Source of the DNA: Okamejei kenojei
Taxonomy: Eukaryota
Assembly: GCA_035221665.1 (NCBI GenBank)
Contig: CM069155.1
Location: 29,326,001 to 29,390,000 of the forward strand
DNA: 64,000 nt
Direction of reading: 5' to 3'
Both the position numbers and the translations under genes were made by a program. The notes under the pieces are model-generated. The model was not told where the DNA came from. It searched no databases and saw nothing but the letters and a program-made list of their open reading frames with translations. Positions within the stretch are counted from its first letter, which is position 1, and each line of letters starts with the position of its first letter. Below, piece by piece: positions 1 through 13,770 of the stretch.

Positions 1-600
1 GAAGGGGGATTCTTTAGGACCGAGATGAGAAAACATTCCCCTTTAAGGACATCGGAAGTCGTTAGGACCGAGATGAATGATCTTTTTTCTCTCTGAAGGT
101 GCGCGTCTGTGGATCTCTGCCACAGTAGTATTGAAGCCATTCATTGCTTATATTAGAGGGAGTTAATGTGGCCCTGGTGGAAAAGGGTTCAAGGGGTGAT
201 GGGGAGAAGCAGGTATACAGGAAATTCTTGAGTGGGAGATCAGCATGACATATTGATGTCGGGGCAGGCTCGAAGGGCCGATTGCCTACCCCTGCACCTA
301 TTTACTAGTTTTTTTTTTTCCGTTATTTTTTTTTTTTTTTCCATGATTGTTTGTCCATCACACAGAGGGGGTGGCGCTGGATTTCCCTATCCTCAGAAGT
401 AGTTGAGGCCAGTTTCGTTGGCTATATTAAGAAGGTTGAGAGATGACCCGTGTGCTATAGGGATCAGGGGTAGGGAGAGAAGGCAAGGTAGACAGATACT
501 GAGTTGGATATACAACCATGATCAGATGAATGGCGGGCATGGCTCGAGGGGCCGAATATGCCTCCCTGCTCCTATTCCATGATTCTATTTTTTATGATGT
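1..600 (+). mobile_element. Two tandem degenerate CR1 LINE 3' ends
   Basis: Both match the CR1 3' region seen cleanly at 42290-42576 (tttaggaccgagatgagaaa...ggctcgaagggccga...cctgcacctattt). They contain many 1-bp indels. Confidence 0.8.
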
Positions 601-2092
601 CTGCGATGCTTGTACATCACCAGTGTCTGCTCTGGAAATGCCTCTGCCAGGCTTTGTTGCAGCAATCTTAGCTTGTTTTATTTTGGGTTAATCCCCTTTG
701 TTTTCTCTTCCTGCAAATAAAAGGCATGGCTCAATTGATTCCGATCGGGTGATTGACTTGGCCACTGGAGAGTTGAGTATACCATTTTTTTAGCTGTGAT
801 AACTCATTTTGCTTTGGCAGACTTTGGATCATTGGTCTTGCTGCAGAATAACGGCCACCATTAGGTGTGAGGCAGTGTTTTGTATTTGACTGATAGAAGA
901 ATGTCGATACACTTCCAGAATTCTTTAGTTTAGTACCATCACAGGTATAATCATCAAGTTGATAAGTGTCCATACCTGTCAGCAGCCATACATCCCATGC
1001 CATAACAACCCCCCCACCACCGTGTTGTCTCATGGGAAGTGGATGCTTTGGATCTTGACGGCTTATGCCTAGGCTTAAGGTTCTGGGCGGGCTTATGCTA
1101 GGCTTAGTTCCGCTCTACTCCAATACTTCGCGTCGTGCCATCAAACTGATATACATTAAACGTCGTCTCATCTGTTCTCAATNNNNNNNNNNNNNNNNNN
1201 NNNNNNNNNNNNNNNNNNNNNNNNNNNNNNNNNNNNNNNNNNNNNNNNNNNNNNNNNNNNNNNNNNNNNNNNNNNNNNNNNNNNNNNNNNNNNNNNNNNN
1301 NNNNNNNNNNNNTTCTTGGCAAACCTGTAAACCTGGCCATCCTATTGTATGCGGCTAACCGTGGTTTGCATCTTGCAGTGTAGTCTCTCTGCATTTTTGT
1401 CATGGCGTGTTCGGTGGACGTGGTTCCCAAAGTTTGACTAACCGCCACCTGACCCTATAGGGTTTTCTGATCGGTTTCCGGACAGTGGTTTTTTGCTTTA
1501 TGATAGAGAGAATTCTTCCTGACTTCAGCTGTGGAGGTCATCCTTGACTTGCCGCCCATGTGGTCGATTCGTAAAACTCACCAGGGGTCTCTTTCCTTAA
1601 TGATGTGCCACACAGTTGATTTTGGTAAGCCCTAATCTAAGGTTTGGCTGATGCCTCTAACAGTATTGTTCTTCTGTCCTATCACATTATGGCTGAGTTG
1701 ACTTTAAAAGTGCAACAACTTCCGTCGCAGGTTGATAAACAGAATAAAAGTTTCCCAAAGGATAATGGAAAGCTTAGTAAAAGACTAGTCTGGAGAGCTC
1801 TCTTATATAGCATTAAGGAGCATTTAATCACAACTGAACAATTCAACACCTGTGAAGCCGTGGTGTCCCCAAACTTTACAGTGGCTTGAAAATGCGGGGA
1901 TTATGCATAAACACACAGCTGTAAGTTCTACATGGTGAAACCTAAATGTTATATAAATGAACCTTTCGTAAATCGACAATGTGTTCTAAACCACGTGTGA
2001 TTTTTTTTTCACTATTACAAATCTCAATTATGGATACAGAGGCAAATAAATAAATAATAGGCTTTGTCCCAAACATTAATGGAGGGCACGCA
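600..2092 (-). mobile_element. Tc1/mariner DNA transposon remnant (gapped)
   Basis: Minus-strand fragments resemble the Tc1 DD34E region (HGGGGVVMAW; cagcaagaccaatgatccaaag for QQDNDPK; tccagtggccaagtcaatcacccgat for WPSQSPD). A TIR-like end, tttgtcccaaacattaatggagggcac, lies at about 2063-2089. Confidence 0.7.
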
Positions 2093-3199
2093 GTTGTATG
2101 TGTAATATAACAAAGCTGCAGGCCTGATCAGCTACATCCTAGGACACTGTAAACATCCACAGAGGAAATTGCCGATCCGTCCACGCAAGAGGTCGTCTGT
2201 AACTACTGGCGGGTTCCGTAAATGTAGGGAGCAAATGTGCCGCCTCAGTCATGAAGGGCTCAGGAAAAGGTAGAAGCGACATTCCAGCGATGCCGATCAT
2301 ATGTGATTGGAAAGTTACTGGTGAGTAATCTGAGGGATAGATAGTGTCAAGTTCACTTTTATTGTCACAAGCCCATGATATTTGTTTACCAGAACAGCCA
2401 GGCGGAAAAAGAGCACAATAACCATAGGATTGACATAAACAATCCATCTCAGTGGAATCGCCATTTTCTCACTGTGATGGAAGGCGATAAAGTTCAGTCT
2501 ATTTTCCTCCTTTGTTCCCCCATGGTCAGGCAGTGAACCATCCACATCGCCCGCTACGGGAAGCCCTCTGTACATGCCCTACAAATGGATGATCGTAACT
2601 CGACGTCAGGACAGATCAAATACATTCGGGGGCGGCTTGGAGTTCCAAATTGGCCGCGTCTTACCGGAAGGACCGCCTGCTTCACGACCACGGGCCACGG
2701 TTGGAGCACGATCTTCTGGCGAGCCCCGGCATGGATCCAGGCTCTGGGAACGCCGCCACGCGATGGAAGCTCCGGAAGTCCCCTGCAGTCAGCAGCCACC
2801 GCGGTCGGAGCTTCAAAACACTTGGCGACCATCGGCAAAGGATCCCAGGCTCCTGATAGGGTAAGTCCGCGCCACGCCTAGCTGTTGAAAGCTCAGGACG
2901 TTTCTCCTTATCTGGAAAGGCCGCATCCAAACCAGGGGGTAGCCGCGAGAGGAGCGTAATGCGACAAGGTTAAAAATCGCGTCTCCGTCGTGTAAGTTGC
3001 TGAAAATGGTTTCCCCCGATCCCCACCCCCCCCCCCCCCACCCCACATATGGCATACGAGAAACATTATATTATACATTGAACGCACTAAACATCACAAC
3101 ATGAAGGCTGCTGGAAAAGAAGGCTGCGGCGTGGATGCCGCGGATGATGGATCATGGCTTTTGATGGTCAATGGCTGATTTGGGATAGTCAACATGGGA

Positions 3200-3741
3200 G
3201 TCGTGTCGCGCAATCGATTGAGATTGTTGAAGATTTGACCAAAAAGGTCCATGAAGGCTAATCTGTAGAATTGTATACATTGAATGTTAGTAGGCATTTG
3301 ACAAGGTCCGCATGGAAGCTGCCTCTGGATCGGTGGATCCCGTGGGTTACAAGGAGAATAGCGATTTAAGATAAGTGGACCGTCATGGGAGGAAGCAGAG
3401 GGATGGGGAAGATTTTCGTGTTCCCCACTGGAGGCCTAGCTGACAAGTGGGTGCGCCTCAGTGTTCCGGCGCGGGCCCAATGTTGTTTGTAATCTCTGAC
3501 AATGATTTTGAGTGAAGTACATGGCAAAGACAGTAAGTTTGCAGGTGACCTAAAGAGGTGGTAGTGTAAGTGGTAATAGTTGGGTTGTCCATAAATTTTG
3601 AGCAGGATCTGATCCTTGATCGCTTGCCTACTTTGGGCCTTCCAGCATCAGAGTATGAGTATAGAGGGTGGGATGTCATGTTGCAGTTCATAAGTGCTGC
3701 TGTTCGAGTAGAATTGGGTTCAATTGTTGCAACAACGCACG
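3200..3741 (+). mobile_element. Highly degenerate CR1 RT fragment
   Basis: Contains ggcatttgacaaggtccgcatgg (KAFDKVPH-like), aagtttgcaggtgacc (KFADD-like) and gagtatagagggtgggatgtcatgttgcag. Confidence 0.6.
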
Positions 3742-6387
3742 NNNNNNNNNNNNNNNNNNNNNNNNNNNNNNNNNNNNNNNNNNNNNNNNNNNNNNNNNNN
3801 NNNNNNNNNNNNNNNNNNNNNNNNNNNNNNNNNNNNNNNNNNNNNNNNNNNNNNNNNNNNNNNNNNNNNNNNNNNNNNNNNNNNNNNNNNNNNNNNNNNN
3901 NNNNNNNNNNNNNNNNNNNNNNNNNNNNNNNNNNNNNNNNNNNNNNNNNNNNNNNNNNNNNNNNNNNNNNNNNNNNNNNNNNNNNNNNNNNNNNNNNNNN
4001 NNNNNNNNNNNNNNNNNNNNNNNNNNNNNNNNNNNNNNNNNNNNNNNNNNNNNNNNNNNNNNNNNNNNNNNNNNNNNNNNNNNNNNNNNNNNNNNNNNNN
4101 NNNNNNNNNNNNNNNNNNNNNNNNNNNNNNNNNNNNNNNNNNNNNNNNNNNNNNNNNNNNNNNNNNNNNNNNNNNNNNNNNNNNNNNNNNNNNNNNNNNN
4201 NNNNNNNNNNNNNNNNNNNNNNNNNNNNNNNNNNNNNNNNNTTTCCCCCCCCCCACCTTACCCCCCTTGCTCGGTGCAGGCTCGCGATTCTGAACTCGAA
4301 GGGCCGTATGGCCTCCTACTCCTGCACTATTTTCTAATGTTTCTATGTTTCTATGACTTACCTAGCTTTTGCAGCCCAATTCCCTCGTTTCTTTTCTGTC
4401 TCAGACCACCCCCCCCCCCCCCCCGGCGCCACGACAATCCAGTTTGAAGTAAGTATCCCGACCCTAACCGTGCCGCTTTCCGTATGTCCCAATGATGGCT
4501 ATCTGACACGGGTGGAATTTAGGCAAATGTCCAACCAGTTGTCAGTCAGCTTTAACTTTCGCGAGTACCTCTGATTATGTGGCTTTACGGTACTATTTAG
4601 AGCATTTAACACTACATTTGTGTATCGACTCTTCTCTATCATTGAAGATATATTGATAGATATTCACACAATGAACGCACTGCATGGTGAAAACTGCCCC
4701 TTTCCATCTATAATCACGCCTGTTTGCTCCTTTTGGCTTTGTTATCCCGAGGTAGATCAAACCAGCTACACGTGGGAGCGAACCAGCCTGCCAAATCGAA
4801 AGGTTTGTTTAATATGGGACCCACTGATTTACCTACAGGCAAAATAAAATTAAAGATCATTGTGCGTTGTATTCGTGCAGATGAATGTAATGCAGGTTTA
4901 ATGCTCTGTGTATAGGGAAGAGTGGTGTTGTGGCGAAGCATTCTCTACCTCCCGACGGTTATGTGAATGGACCTCCTGGTCAGAGGGAATCTGTGAGACT
5001 CCGTTCTTGTCGACTATGGGGAGTTGCCGCCCAGTTTTTGCCGAAGAAGCAGACGAAAGCTTGAAAATTAAAAACACGTTATTTTAGTTGAACATTTGAT
5101 CTTTTACATTAGCGGAGCTATGTTGTGACAATTGTCTAATCATTATTTCTGTTCAGCGTGCTATTCTGCGAATTCTTGTCCGTTATGCATGTTTCACTTT
5201 ATAAACATCATTCAGAGAACGGAGACGTCTTTTTCGGTTTCACTGTGTTTTATTAAAGTGCATAGTTCTCCTACCAGATTAATCGCAGTGCTTTCTTTGC
5301 ATTCTTTATAGCCAGACAGGAATGGTCAAAGATTGAAACCGGGCAATTGGGAGGGCTTCGATGGGTGTATTGAAGGGCATTGCTAGGGGTTTGAAAACTA
5401 TGTTTTCATTGCGGCAATACGATGACTGTATGAATTCCTTCAAACTGTATGTTTAAAATGTACTATGTTTCCTGGTTATCATAGGCGATGATCATCTTCG
5501 TATTCCTTCCCCTAAGCCCAACACGGACTCGCATAATGAAAATTATAGGTATTCCCTAAAGATGTTAACAGCATGCAAATTTAATGCTAAAGGTAATTAA
5601 ATACGTGGTGTTGAAACTATAGTCGTATTAGCGGACATTGTGGTGGCCCGTTCCTAATTATTTGATCAAGCGTGCTTATAGCAACTAGCGCTGTAAATAA
5701 CTGAGTGTGATGTGCACAACATTTACATGACCTGTCCTCCCACTCACTGAAAAAGTTTATAGCCCCTGCTCTGTGTATCTTTCCGTGGATTCTATATCTT
5801 CTGCTATATTCCAAAAAAGTGTTATCTGGTGACGATTGATTTTTTGACTAGCTAATCTTCAGCTTTTTTAAATTGAATTGAGTCTCATTGGCTAATTGTA
5901 ATTGTACAAATGGATTGTGTTAAAAACGGTCAATGGGCAGAAAATACTTATTTCAAAAATAATCTTTGGAGGTATTTGGTGCGAATTTGAGTCTCTCTGG
6001 ACGAATAGAGAATGCGATGCAGGAAAAAAAGATTGTGGTTCTTTTTCCTACTAAGACTAAGTGTTCTGTGGATTCAGGGTTCCATCTGTGTTGACATAGA
6101 ACATGTTGGGCAGGGCTGCTATCAAACTGATGTTTGTTTAATGACTGCCATCGTCAAATACCTTTCCCACTTTTCCTGGTACCCCACAGTCGTACGCGGT
6201 ATCGCATTACAACTAACCGAGGCTGATTATATAACAGGATTCAAAATTAGTCATCCACTGTATATTGGGAGGAATCGGTTCCAAAGAAAAAAGGGTGGGG
6301 GGAACATCAAAAGTAATTCTAATTCCGGTCAAACATATTTTGCATTAGAAAAAAAAGGCTATTGCATTGCATTTAAGATTCGTTTAA

Positions 6388-6393
6388 TTTATT
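6388..6393 (-). terminator. Candidate polyA signal of IgL cluster 1
   Basis: AATAAA on the minus strand about 280 nt after the C1 stop, similar to the spacing in cluster 2. Confidence 0.5.
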
Positions 6394-6671
6394 TTCGCAA
6401 AGGCTTCAAACAACACTAAGGTCACATATTGGCATTTGCCAAGTTATTTGGATGTACTAACTCATATTAATTAAACTTGAGGCTGTAAATAGTACTGGTA
6501 TTTTGTCGACAGAATAGCTTTAAAGTGAGCATGTCAAAAAAAATAAGCTTTACGTGCGAAAATGTAGCTGGTAAATGTAATACTCCTGAGACCAATACAT
6601 TTCCACACTTGCATCAAATAAAAGGAAATAATCATGATAAACAAACTCTCTCGATTAGCACATTTCCAATT

Positions 6672-6998
6672 TCACATACAGCTGGATTTCGCGATATCCA
6701 CCCGAATTGGTTTGCCTGAGTCTCGTGTTTAACCACAACAGGAGTAACAGCTCGTGTAATTTCAGTCTAGAGACTGGTAGAGTCAGGTAACTGCTCGCAC
6801 TGACGTGTTGTCCGTCTCCTGCTGGATCCGGCTGGTCTCAATGCCCATCACTTCTCGCACTGCCGTCCACAGTCCACTGAATTTCCACAGCACCCGGATT
6901 AAACCCGCTCACCAAACACACCAGGTGGACGGTGCCCTTTTTTACTCTCAACTCATCTGCTGAAGGTGGTAAAACGGATGCGGCAGGGGGACGAGGAT
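6672..6998 (-). pseudogene. IgL constant exon, cluster 1 (frameshifted as assembled)
   Basis: Acceptor aaacccag. Pieced translation: NPRPPAASVLPPSADE..TLVCLVSGFNPGAVEIQWTVDGSARSDGIETSRIQQETDNT..SSYLTL..VVKHETQAN..SSCM*. Multiple 1-bp indels, so either a pseudogene or sequencing noise. Confidence 0.85.
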
Positions 6999-8932
6999 CT
7001 GGGTTTAAAGAAGATCGCAGCTAAATAATAATTGAAGCACTACTTTCGGATCAAAGGTCAATGTAATAACCAATGTAATATCCTTTACGTCCACCGCGGC
7101 TTCAATAATAATACATTCACATCGTGTATCTAGCTACTGAAATATAATTTACAATGAGGATTTCGGGATAAATCAACATTACCCTTAATAAAATCTCAGT
7201 AATAGGTAGGAGGATCTGCAGATGCTGGTTTATTACCGAAGATAGACAAAATGCTGAGTAACACTCAGCGGGACAGGCATCAGAACTAGCTCTCGACTCG
7301 AAACGTCACTCATTCCTTCCCTCCGGAGATGCGGATTTATTCTCTGGGTCCACTGCTGATTTACTCCGGCATTTGTGTCTATCTTCGTCTAATTAAATTC
7401 ATTTTGCTTCATTCGAGACAAGAAAGGGATTGATCTCGATTTGTCCGTTGCCCTCTCAGGCAAAGGTGGATTGTGTATTTATTAGGCCGTTTGAGGAAAA
7501 ACGGGGCGGTCGGGTCCGTGCCAACTCGTAGCAGTTAATTCAGTCATACTGCCCCTCCATTCTATTCTATCTTCGGTATGAACTTCCTCGCCATTTATTT
7601 GACTGCAGTCTAGCTACTTCTCTCAACACCTCTTCTTACGACAGTTTGCTGCAGTAAGAGATTACTTAGAGTTGCCTATTAGCCTACATCATGTCTTGGA
7701 GCAGTGCAAGGAAATTGATTTGTGACGAAATAACTTGCAAAACCCAACATACAGTACCCTAGAGGGGATTGAACGCGGTCGCAAATATTGGAGCTGTGGA
7801 CGTAGCCTGCTGCAACCGGTTATACCAGTGATCTGTGCAGATGTTGTACACATTTTAAAGAGCTGCTATAATCTTAGTTATATCTAACCTCATTCATCTC
7901 TCGACGTGTTGCTCCATCTTAAACTATCTGACGTTTTTTGAAAGGGAACTGCTTCTTTTCATTGTCTGAATAGGGAAACAGTTCGGGGCAGCATATATCA
8001 ACCAGATATTAGTACAGAACTACTATTAGCAACGCAACATATTTAATGTTTGCAGATGCGCATGATCACAATTGCAAGGGTAAATTGCCCTTTACTGTTT
8101 TCATGTCAGAAGACCACCAGATCTTTTTCCCCTGGCCGAAGATTTGAGAAGACATTTGAAGCTAAATATATAACAGTTGATTTTTTAAATTTACAAGGTG
8201 ATGCAGTGATCTTTTCATAGCTCACAGAGAGATTAGATGGTTCAGATTAAATCATAAATTTCAGATATTTGAGAAAAAAACTTTCAATAGTCGTCGTAGC
8301 AGAAATAAAACCCTTTCTGATCAACAAAGAAAACCCTTGTATATACTAGAAACCAGATATTAAAAACTGAAAACGCTGGGGTTACCAAACGAATAGGCAG
8401 CTTCAGGGGAGATAAAACAGTTAACAAAATAACAGGCTAGCTCTGACGTGTTGGAGCTGAAACAATATGCTTGTTCCGCTCTCCGCAAATAATGAATTTT
8501 AATTGTGTGAAATGCGAGCACTCGATTGTCCTGGTCAGCTCCAGTGGTTCATTCCTTCAACCAAACGTTTCCTCTCAATGCGCAGATTGACTGATGGGTG
8601 TATATGCTATGTTACCAGGGTCGTCAAGAGCAGTCAGTTTCCATTCCAATTGGACTTTTTAAAAAAACGACCAGCTAGTCATCTGGGGTATTTGTGGGAC
8701 GGGTGATGGTGACTACAACCCGTATAATGTGACTGGCTTCAAAGAGTCTTGTCAAAATCATCAGTTTTTACTGGGGCGCATGCTCTCCGTAATTAGGTAA
8801 AATAATTATGTTTGTTCGGCAATGTCAACCCGATAATAAAGGGTTGCAACTGGCTTTGTTCGATTGAACTTGTACGAGAAAATATTGTGCTGAAAATAAA
8901 CTCGGTTCAACAATGACACGCATGACACTAAA

Positions 8933-8963
<31 letters not shown>

Positions 8964-9187
8964 AGCAAATGCAATCTATCTCAGGACCACTAATGAGTTT
9001 TGCATCTGGACAGAATACAATATTCTGAGGGGGGAAGTGGTAAGGAGGGGTGGGAGCTTACAATAGAAGTACACAAGTAAACATATGAAGGATATCATCG
9101 ATATTCTCAAAAAACCCTTGAAAGATAACGCAATTAATTATTGTTAATAAGAACTTACAGAACGTTAGAAAGAAATATTTTACTTAC

Positions 9188-9536
9188 TGCCAACAGCCAC
9201 TCGTGTTCCTTTTGCAAATCTTAAAAAGTTTTTCCACATAGCGCAGTAAACATCGGCAGCGTCGTCTGATTGAACGTTAGATAGTGTGAAAGTCCCCGTG
9301 TTGCCTGACACTGATCCGGAAAACCTCTCTGAAAACTCCCGGACCTCGACCAGGAGTGTCCTTGCTGGACCAATAATAGACTAAAACCGCGGAGTACGTC
9401 CCAGGGAATCTGCTGATACCAGTAAACATTGTCATTCCCTAAAGTAGCGCCGGACATGGTGCATGTTATTTCTAAATCTGCCCCGGAGTGATGGACATCG
9501 AAAGCGGCTGGCTCACTGTAACTTCTGCGCGTAAAT
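9188..9536 (-). pseudogene. Germline-joined VJ exon, IgL cluster 1 (three 1-bp indels)
   Basis: Reads (Y)LRAEVTVSQPLSMSITPGQ/LEITCTMSGATLGNDNVYWYQQIP/..VYYWSSKDTPGRGPGV/ERFSGSVSGNTGTFTLSNVQSDDAADVYCAMWKNFLRFAKGTRVAVG. Acceptor ccag and donor gtaagt (9182-9187). No RSS between V and J. Confidence 0.88.
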
Positions 9537-9651
9537 CTGGGGAAATAAAGAGTACAGTGATAACAATGATTTGTATTAAAACACGAGAGAAACCTCCCGC
9601 TGAGAAGCACTCGAGGAGGAAAACTAATTTTGATGAAAAAAGGAAACTCAC

Positions 9652-9700
9652 AAGTCGCGCAAAGAGCAAGCGCACAGAGTAGTCGGATCCAGTAAGTCAT
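9652..9700 (-). CDS. IgL leader exon, cluster 1 (MTYWIRLLCALALCAT)
   Basis: 49-nt exon from ATG to a phase-1 gtgagt donor (9646-9651). Hydrophobic signal peptide of the same length as the cluster-2 leader. Confidence 0.85.
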
Positions 9701-9804
9701 TTTATTTTACTGACCGGTGTTCAGGCAAGGCAACAGTTTCCCAATGGCTTCTAACGTATTTTAGTCTCGCTTTTGAATAGTGCGGTGAGGTGTCACCTTA
9801 TTAA

Positions 9805-9837
9805 ATGCAAATGATATTGCAGCTTAGCGCCAATCAG
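9805..9837 (-). promoter_or_regulatory. IgL promoter, cluster 1: perfect octamer plus CCAAT box
   Basis: ATTTGCAT on the coding strand (9805-9812, light-chain orientation) about 105 nt upstream of the ATG. CCAATCAG at 9830-9837; the same motif is at the equivalent position in clusters 2 and 4. Confidence 0.8.
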
Positions 9838-12284
9838 AAATGGTCAATGGTTTTCCCTGTGGCCTATTCGAACCGGAATAGGTTTCGAATTCTGTATCTC
9901 TGGTTACTTCGAAACATTTTTAAACATAAAAATAATAAGGAATAAGAACATCACTGTTTTATTTTCCTTTTTTATATATCAATTCCCATGGTGCTGTTGT
10001 GGAAGATAGGGTTCCACGAGTTTATTCAGCAAATTCCCGTCCGGTCAAAGTAAAAAGCTAGATTTTCTTACTCTGACGATTCGCATATTGGATGAGACAT
10101 AATTGCAGATTTGCAGATCTGAGGTTTATAGTCATTTTGTCCTTGCCGAAGGTGAACACCCCCGCGGAGGCGATCAAGTCCATGCCGACTCTCAAGTACT
10201 CATCTACTTAATCCTATTTTTCTGCACTTGGACCGTTGCTTTTACTCTCGCTTCACAGATACATCAGGTTGAAAATTACACAATAGTTTTGATTACAATT
10301 GCACCAATGTATATTGTCTACTTTGACCGTACTGTCGTGAAGCAAACCATGACCCAATATGCGCCTGCAATATCGGTCCTTGGAGAAAACGCATATCATC
10401 ATACCATAAGCATTTGATGTCAGTGAAAACGAAGATAAGTTTACTGACGTGGTGCTGGTACTTTATTTTACCCAACGGAAGAAAGTCTGGTGCCTCTGCT
10501 GTAAATACGAGAACCTGAACTGCCATACAGTGTGATTCCTATACTGGAGCAGCATTACAATATTAATAAATAAATAATAATATTACATATACGTTGTATA
10601 AATTTAAAATATATAGCACAAGCCGAACGCTTCCGGTGATGTGCGCGAGCGGGGGGGGAGGGGGGGGGGGCTCAAAATACACCTCAATAAATGCCGACAT
10701 GTACTGCATACCAAGGCTTCTGCCCGCTGTGCCCTGATTCCGAGATTCAAGGGACAAATATTTTCTTCCTTTTCATCGTGTTAATATATGAGTTCCAATC
10801 ATGATATTCAGAAATTCTTTGGGTTTTTTTTTTAACGTGTGTTAGCTATGACCTATATGGCAGAAATGAAATACGCGAGCAATTCAACAGCACAGGTCAC
10901 AAAAAAAGCGGGGCTACTTTTGCAAGGATCCCTGAGAACGGTTATGCAGACTTCCATTATAACTTACAAGCATCACATTTACGTTTACATTATTATTGTC
11001 AGAAAATACTTACCTGCTTGTCAATACAGTAGGACACACCTTCAATGATTGTTTTATGGTATGAGGGGATTAAATAGGCACATAGGCATACATGTTTCTT
11101 CCCAGATGAAAGGAATTTATCCGAGGGTATCTTTCGCACAATGGAAAATATGTTCAATTGGTAAATCCACAAAATGACATAATTTGAACGTGGTGCGTAT
11201 ATTAAGTTCGACCCGTGGAGCCTGAAGCACTGAGTGCATCATGAAAATACACCGAAGAATTGATCTTCAGACATGCAATTTAATAGACATGTAATGGTTA
11301 GTAAGCATCGGGTGATGAATAGGTTGCAACAGGCCATTAATATCCAAATCGTGATCTATCCATATTCTTCAGGGATGCTTCCTGACTTGCTGAGGTGCAT
11401 CAAGCATCTTATATCTTGTAATCTTATAAATCATCATCTGTAGTTCCTTGTCTCTACTTTTTTTTAAATCCTTTTCCTGTTGTGTTACTCAAGACACAAA
11501 TACATTGTCCGAAAATGGACATAGAAGGAGAATTCTATACAGCACCAATGATTAAGAAAATAAAGCTGACACTGATAAACGAGGACAAAGCATGTGAGGG
11601 GCCTGCTGCACTAAATGCGAAACACATTTCTATGCATGAATAAGAAGTTGTGGCCCTTTTGCCCCCAACATAAACAACGCGCTTTTATTAAAATATGGAT
11701 GGGATGAAGCACACAAAGAAAGCACTTACATCTCGCATGCGCTGTAACTGTAAAAAAAAATCAATAGTTAGCACCTTTTTTGCAAAAATGAAGGTCGTGT
11801 GTACAGGAAGGAACTGCAGATGCTGGTTTAAACCGAAGATAAACACAAAAAGCTGGAGTAACAGCGGGATAGGCAGCATCTCAGAGAGAAGGAATGGGGG
11901 ACGTTTCGGGTCGAGCCCCCTTCTTCAGAGGTGATCCTTTCCACGACCTGCAAAGTTATTTTTTACTGCAACGGCCTGACTCCCAATAGTATAAATCTAT
12001 TCAAACAAAGGTAATGAGGTAAGAATCAACAACGAAATACAGATTTGTAAGCATGCAGAGATAAGCGGAACAGAACGAAGGAGATAATTGTATTGAAATA
12101 GTTTTTGCAAAATTAATTGCCCGCCGGATATATATAATTTAATAAAGATCAACCCGAAATACATTTGTTAAACAAATGTCGTGATGATGCCGATCTTCAG
12201 GAATCATATTGCAGCTGCTGCACTGATCCAGAGAGACAACGGTTATTCAATTACAGTTGGATTGTGCATTTTTTAAATATACAA

Positions 12285-13770
12285 CCTGCCATAAGGCCAT
12301 AAGGTCATAAGAGTCCGTTATAAAGGATGAGGTTACGGAGTACTTAGAATTTCACGATAAAAATAGGCCGAAGTCAGCATGGCTTTGTGAAGGGAAGGTC
12401 TCACTTGACAAATTTGCTGGAATTCTTTGAAAAAGTAAATAGCAGGATAGACAAAGAGAGGCAGTAGATGTGTTTAATTCGATTTTCAGAAGCCTTTGAT
12501 AACGCGCCCACTCGTTAGGCTGCAGAGGAAGACGAGAGTCCACGTATCAAAGGATAGCAGGTTGCTGGATGGCAGAAGACAACGAGTGGCAATAAAGCGG
12601 ACTTGTTCTGGTTGCTTGCAAGTGACTAGTGGAGTTTTCCGCAAGGGTCGGTGCTGGGGCCGCTAATCTTCACGTTGTATAGTAATAATCTGGACGAGGG
12701 AATTGAAGGATTTGCGGCCAAGTTTGCGGATGATACAAATTAGGTGGAGGGGCAGGTTTGTGTAGAGATAGTAGGGACACTAAAGAAGGACTTGGCAGCT
12801 TGGGGAGAGTGGGCAGGGAAGTGGGAGATGGAATATAGTGTAGCAAAGTGTGGAGTTATGAATTTTTGTAATAGATTAAAGGCATATACTATTTTCTAAA
12901 TGGGGTGAGAATCCAGAAATCGGAGGTGCTAAGGGAATTGGTAGTGCTGGTGCAGTTCATCTGCAAGTCGAATCAGTTGTAAAGAAAACAAACTCAAGCT
13001 AGCATTAATTTGAAGAGGTCTCGTATATAAAACAGAGATGTCATGTTGAGGCTCTATAAGATGCTGGTATGGCCGCATTTAGAATAGTGTGAGCAATTTT
13101 TGGGCACGATATCTGGGGGAGGATGTGCTGGCTGAGGAGGGTCTGGAGGTGGTTTGCAAGAATAATCCCAGGAATTAGTAGGTTAACATATGTTGAGCGT
13201 TTGTAGGCACTGCACCCCACTTTCACCCTTCTCCTGGCCCCTGTTGCTGTGCATCCCCCCCTCCTGACCCCTCCTGGCCCCCTCTTGCTTGGCTGCCCTC
13301 TCCCTGTCCCCTTGGCCCTTCACCTCCACCCTGCTCCTCTCCTTCTCGCTGTTCCTGGCCTTAGTTTAGAAGAAAGAGGGGGGACCTCATTGACAAGTAC
13401 AGAATAGTGAAAAGGCTTGGATAGAGTACACGTGGAGAGGGATGTTTCCACCAGTGGGAGTCGAGGACTAGAGGTCTTAACCTCAGAATTAAAGGACGTT
13501 TTTTTTAGGAAGAGGGGAGGTGAAAGATATTTGGTCAAAGAGTGGTGAATCTGTGGAATTCCTTGCCAGAGAAGGCTGTGGAGGCTGTCTATGGATTTTT
13601 TTAAGGCAGAGATAGATAGATTCTTGATTAGTACAGGTGTTTGAAGTTATGTTGAGAAGGCAGGAGAATAGGGTTATGGTGGAGAGATAGATCAGCCATG
13701 ATTGAATGGCAGATTAGGCTTGATGGGCCAAATGGCTTAAATCTACTCCTATCCCTTATGATCTTATTGC
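12285..13770 (+). mobile_element. 5'-truncated CR1 LINE
   Basis: RT motifs ccgcaagggtcggtgctggggccg (PQGSVLGP) and aagtttgcggatgataca (KFADDT), with a cttatgatcttat tail. A pyrimidine-rich insert lies at about 13215-13360. Confidence 0.85.

Noticed and set aside
3570-4447. Long ORFs spanning N runs (also near 1065-1448, 60775-61280, 62511-63356)
   Set aside because: Artefacts of assembly gaps.
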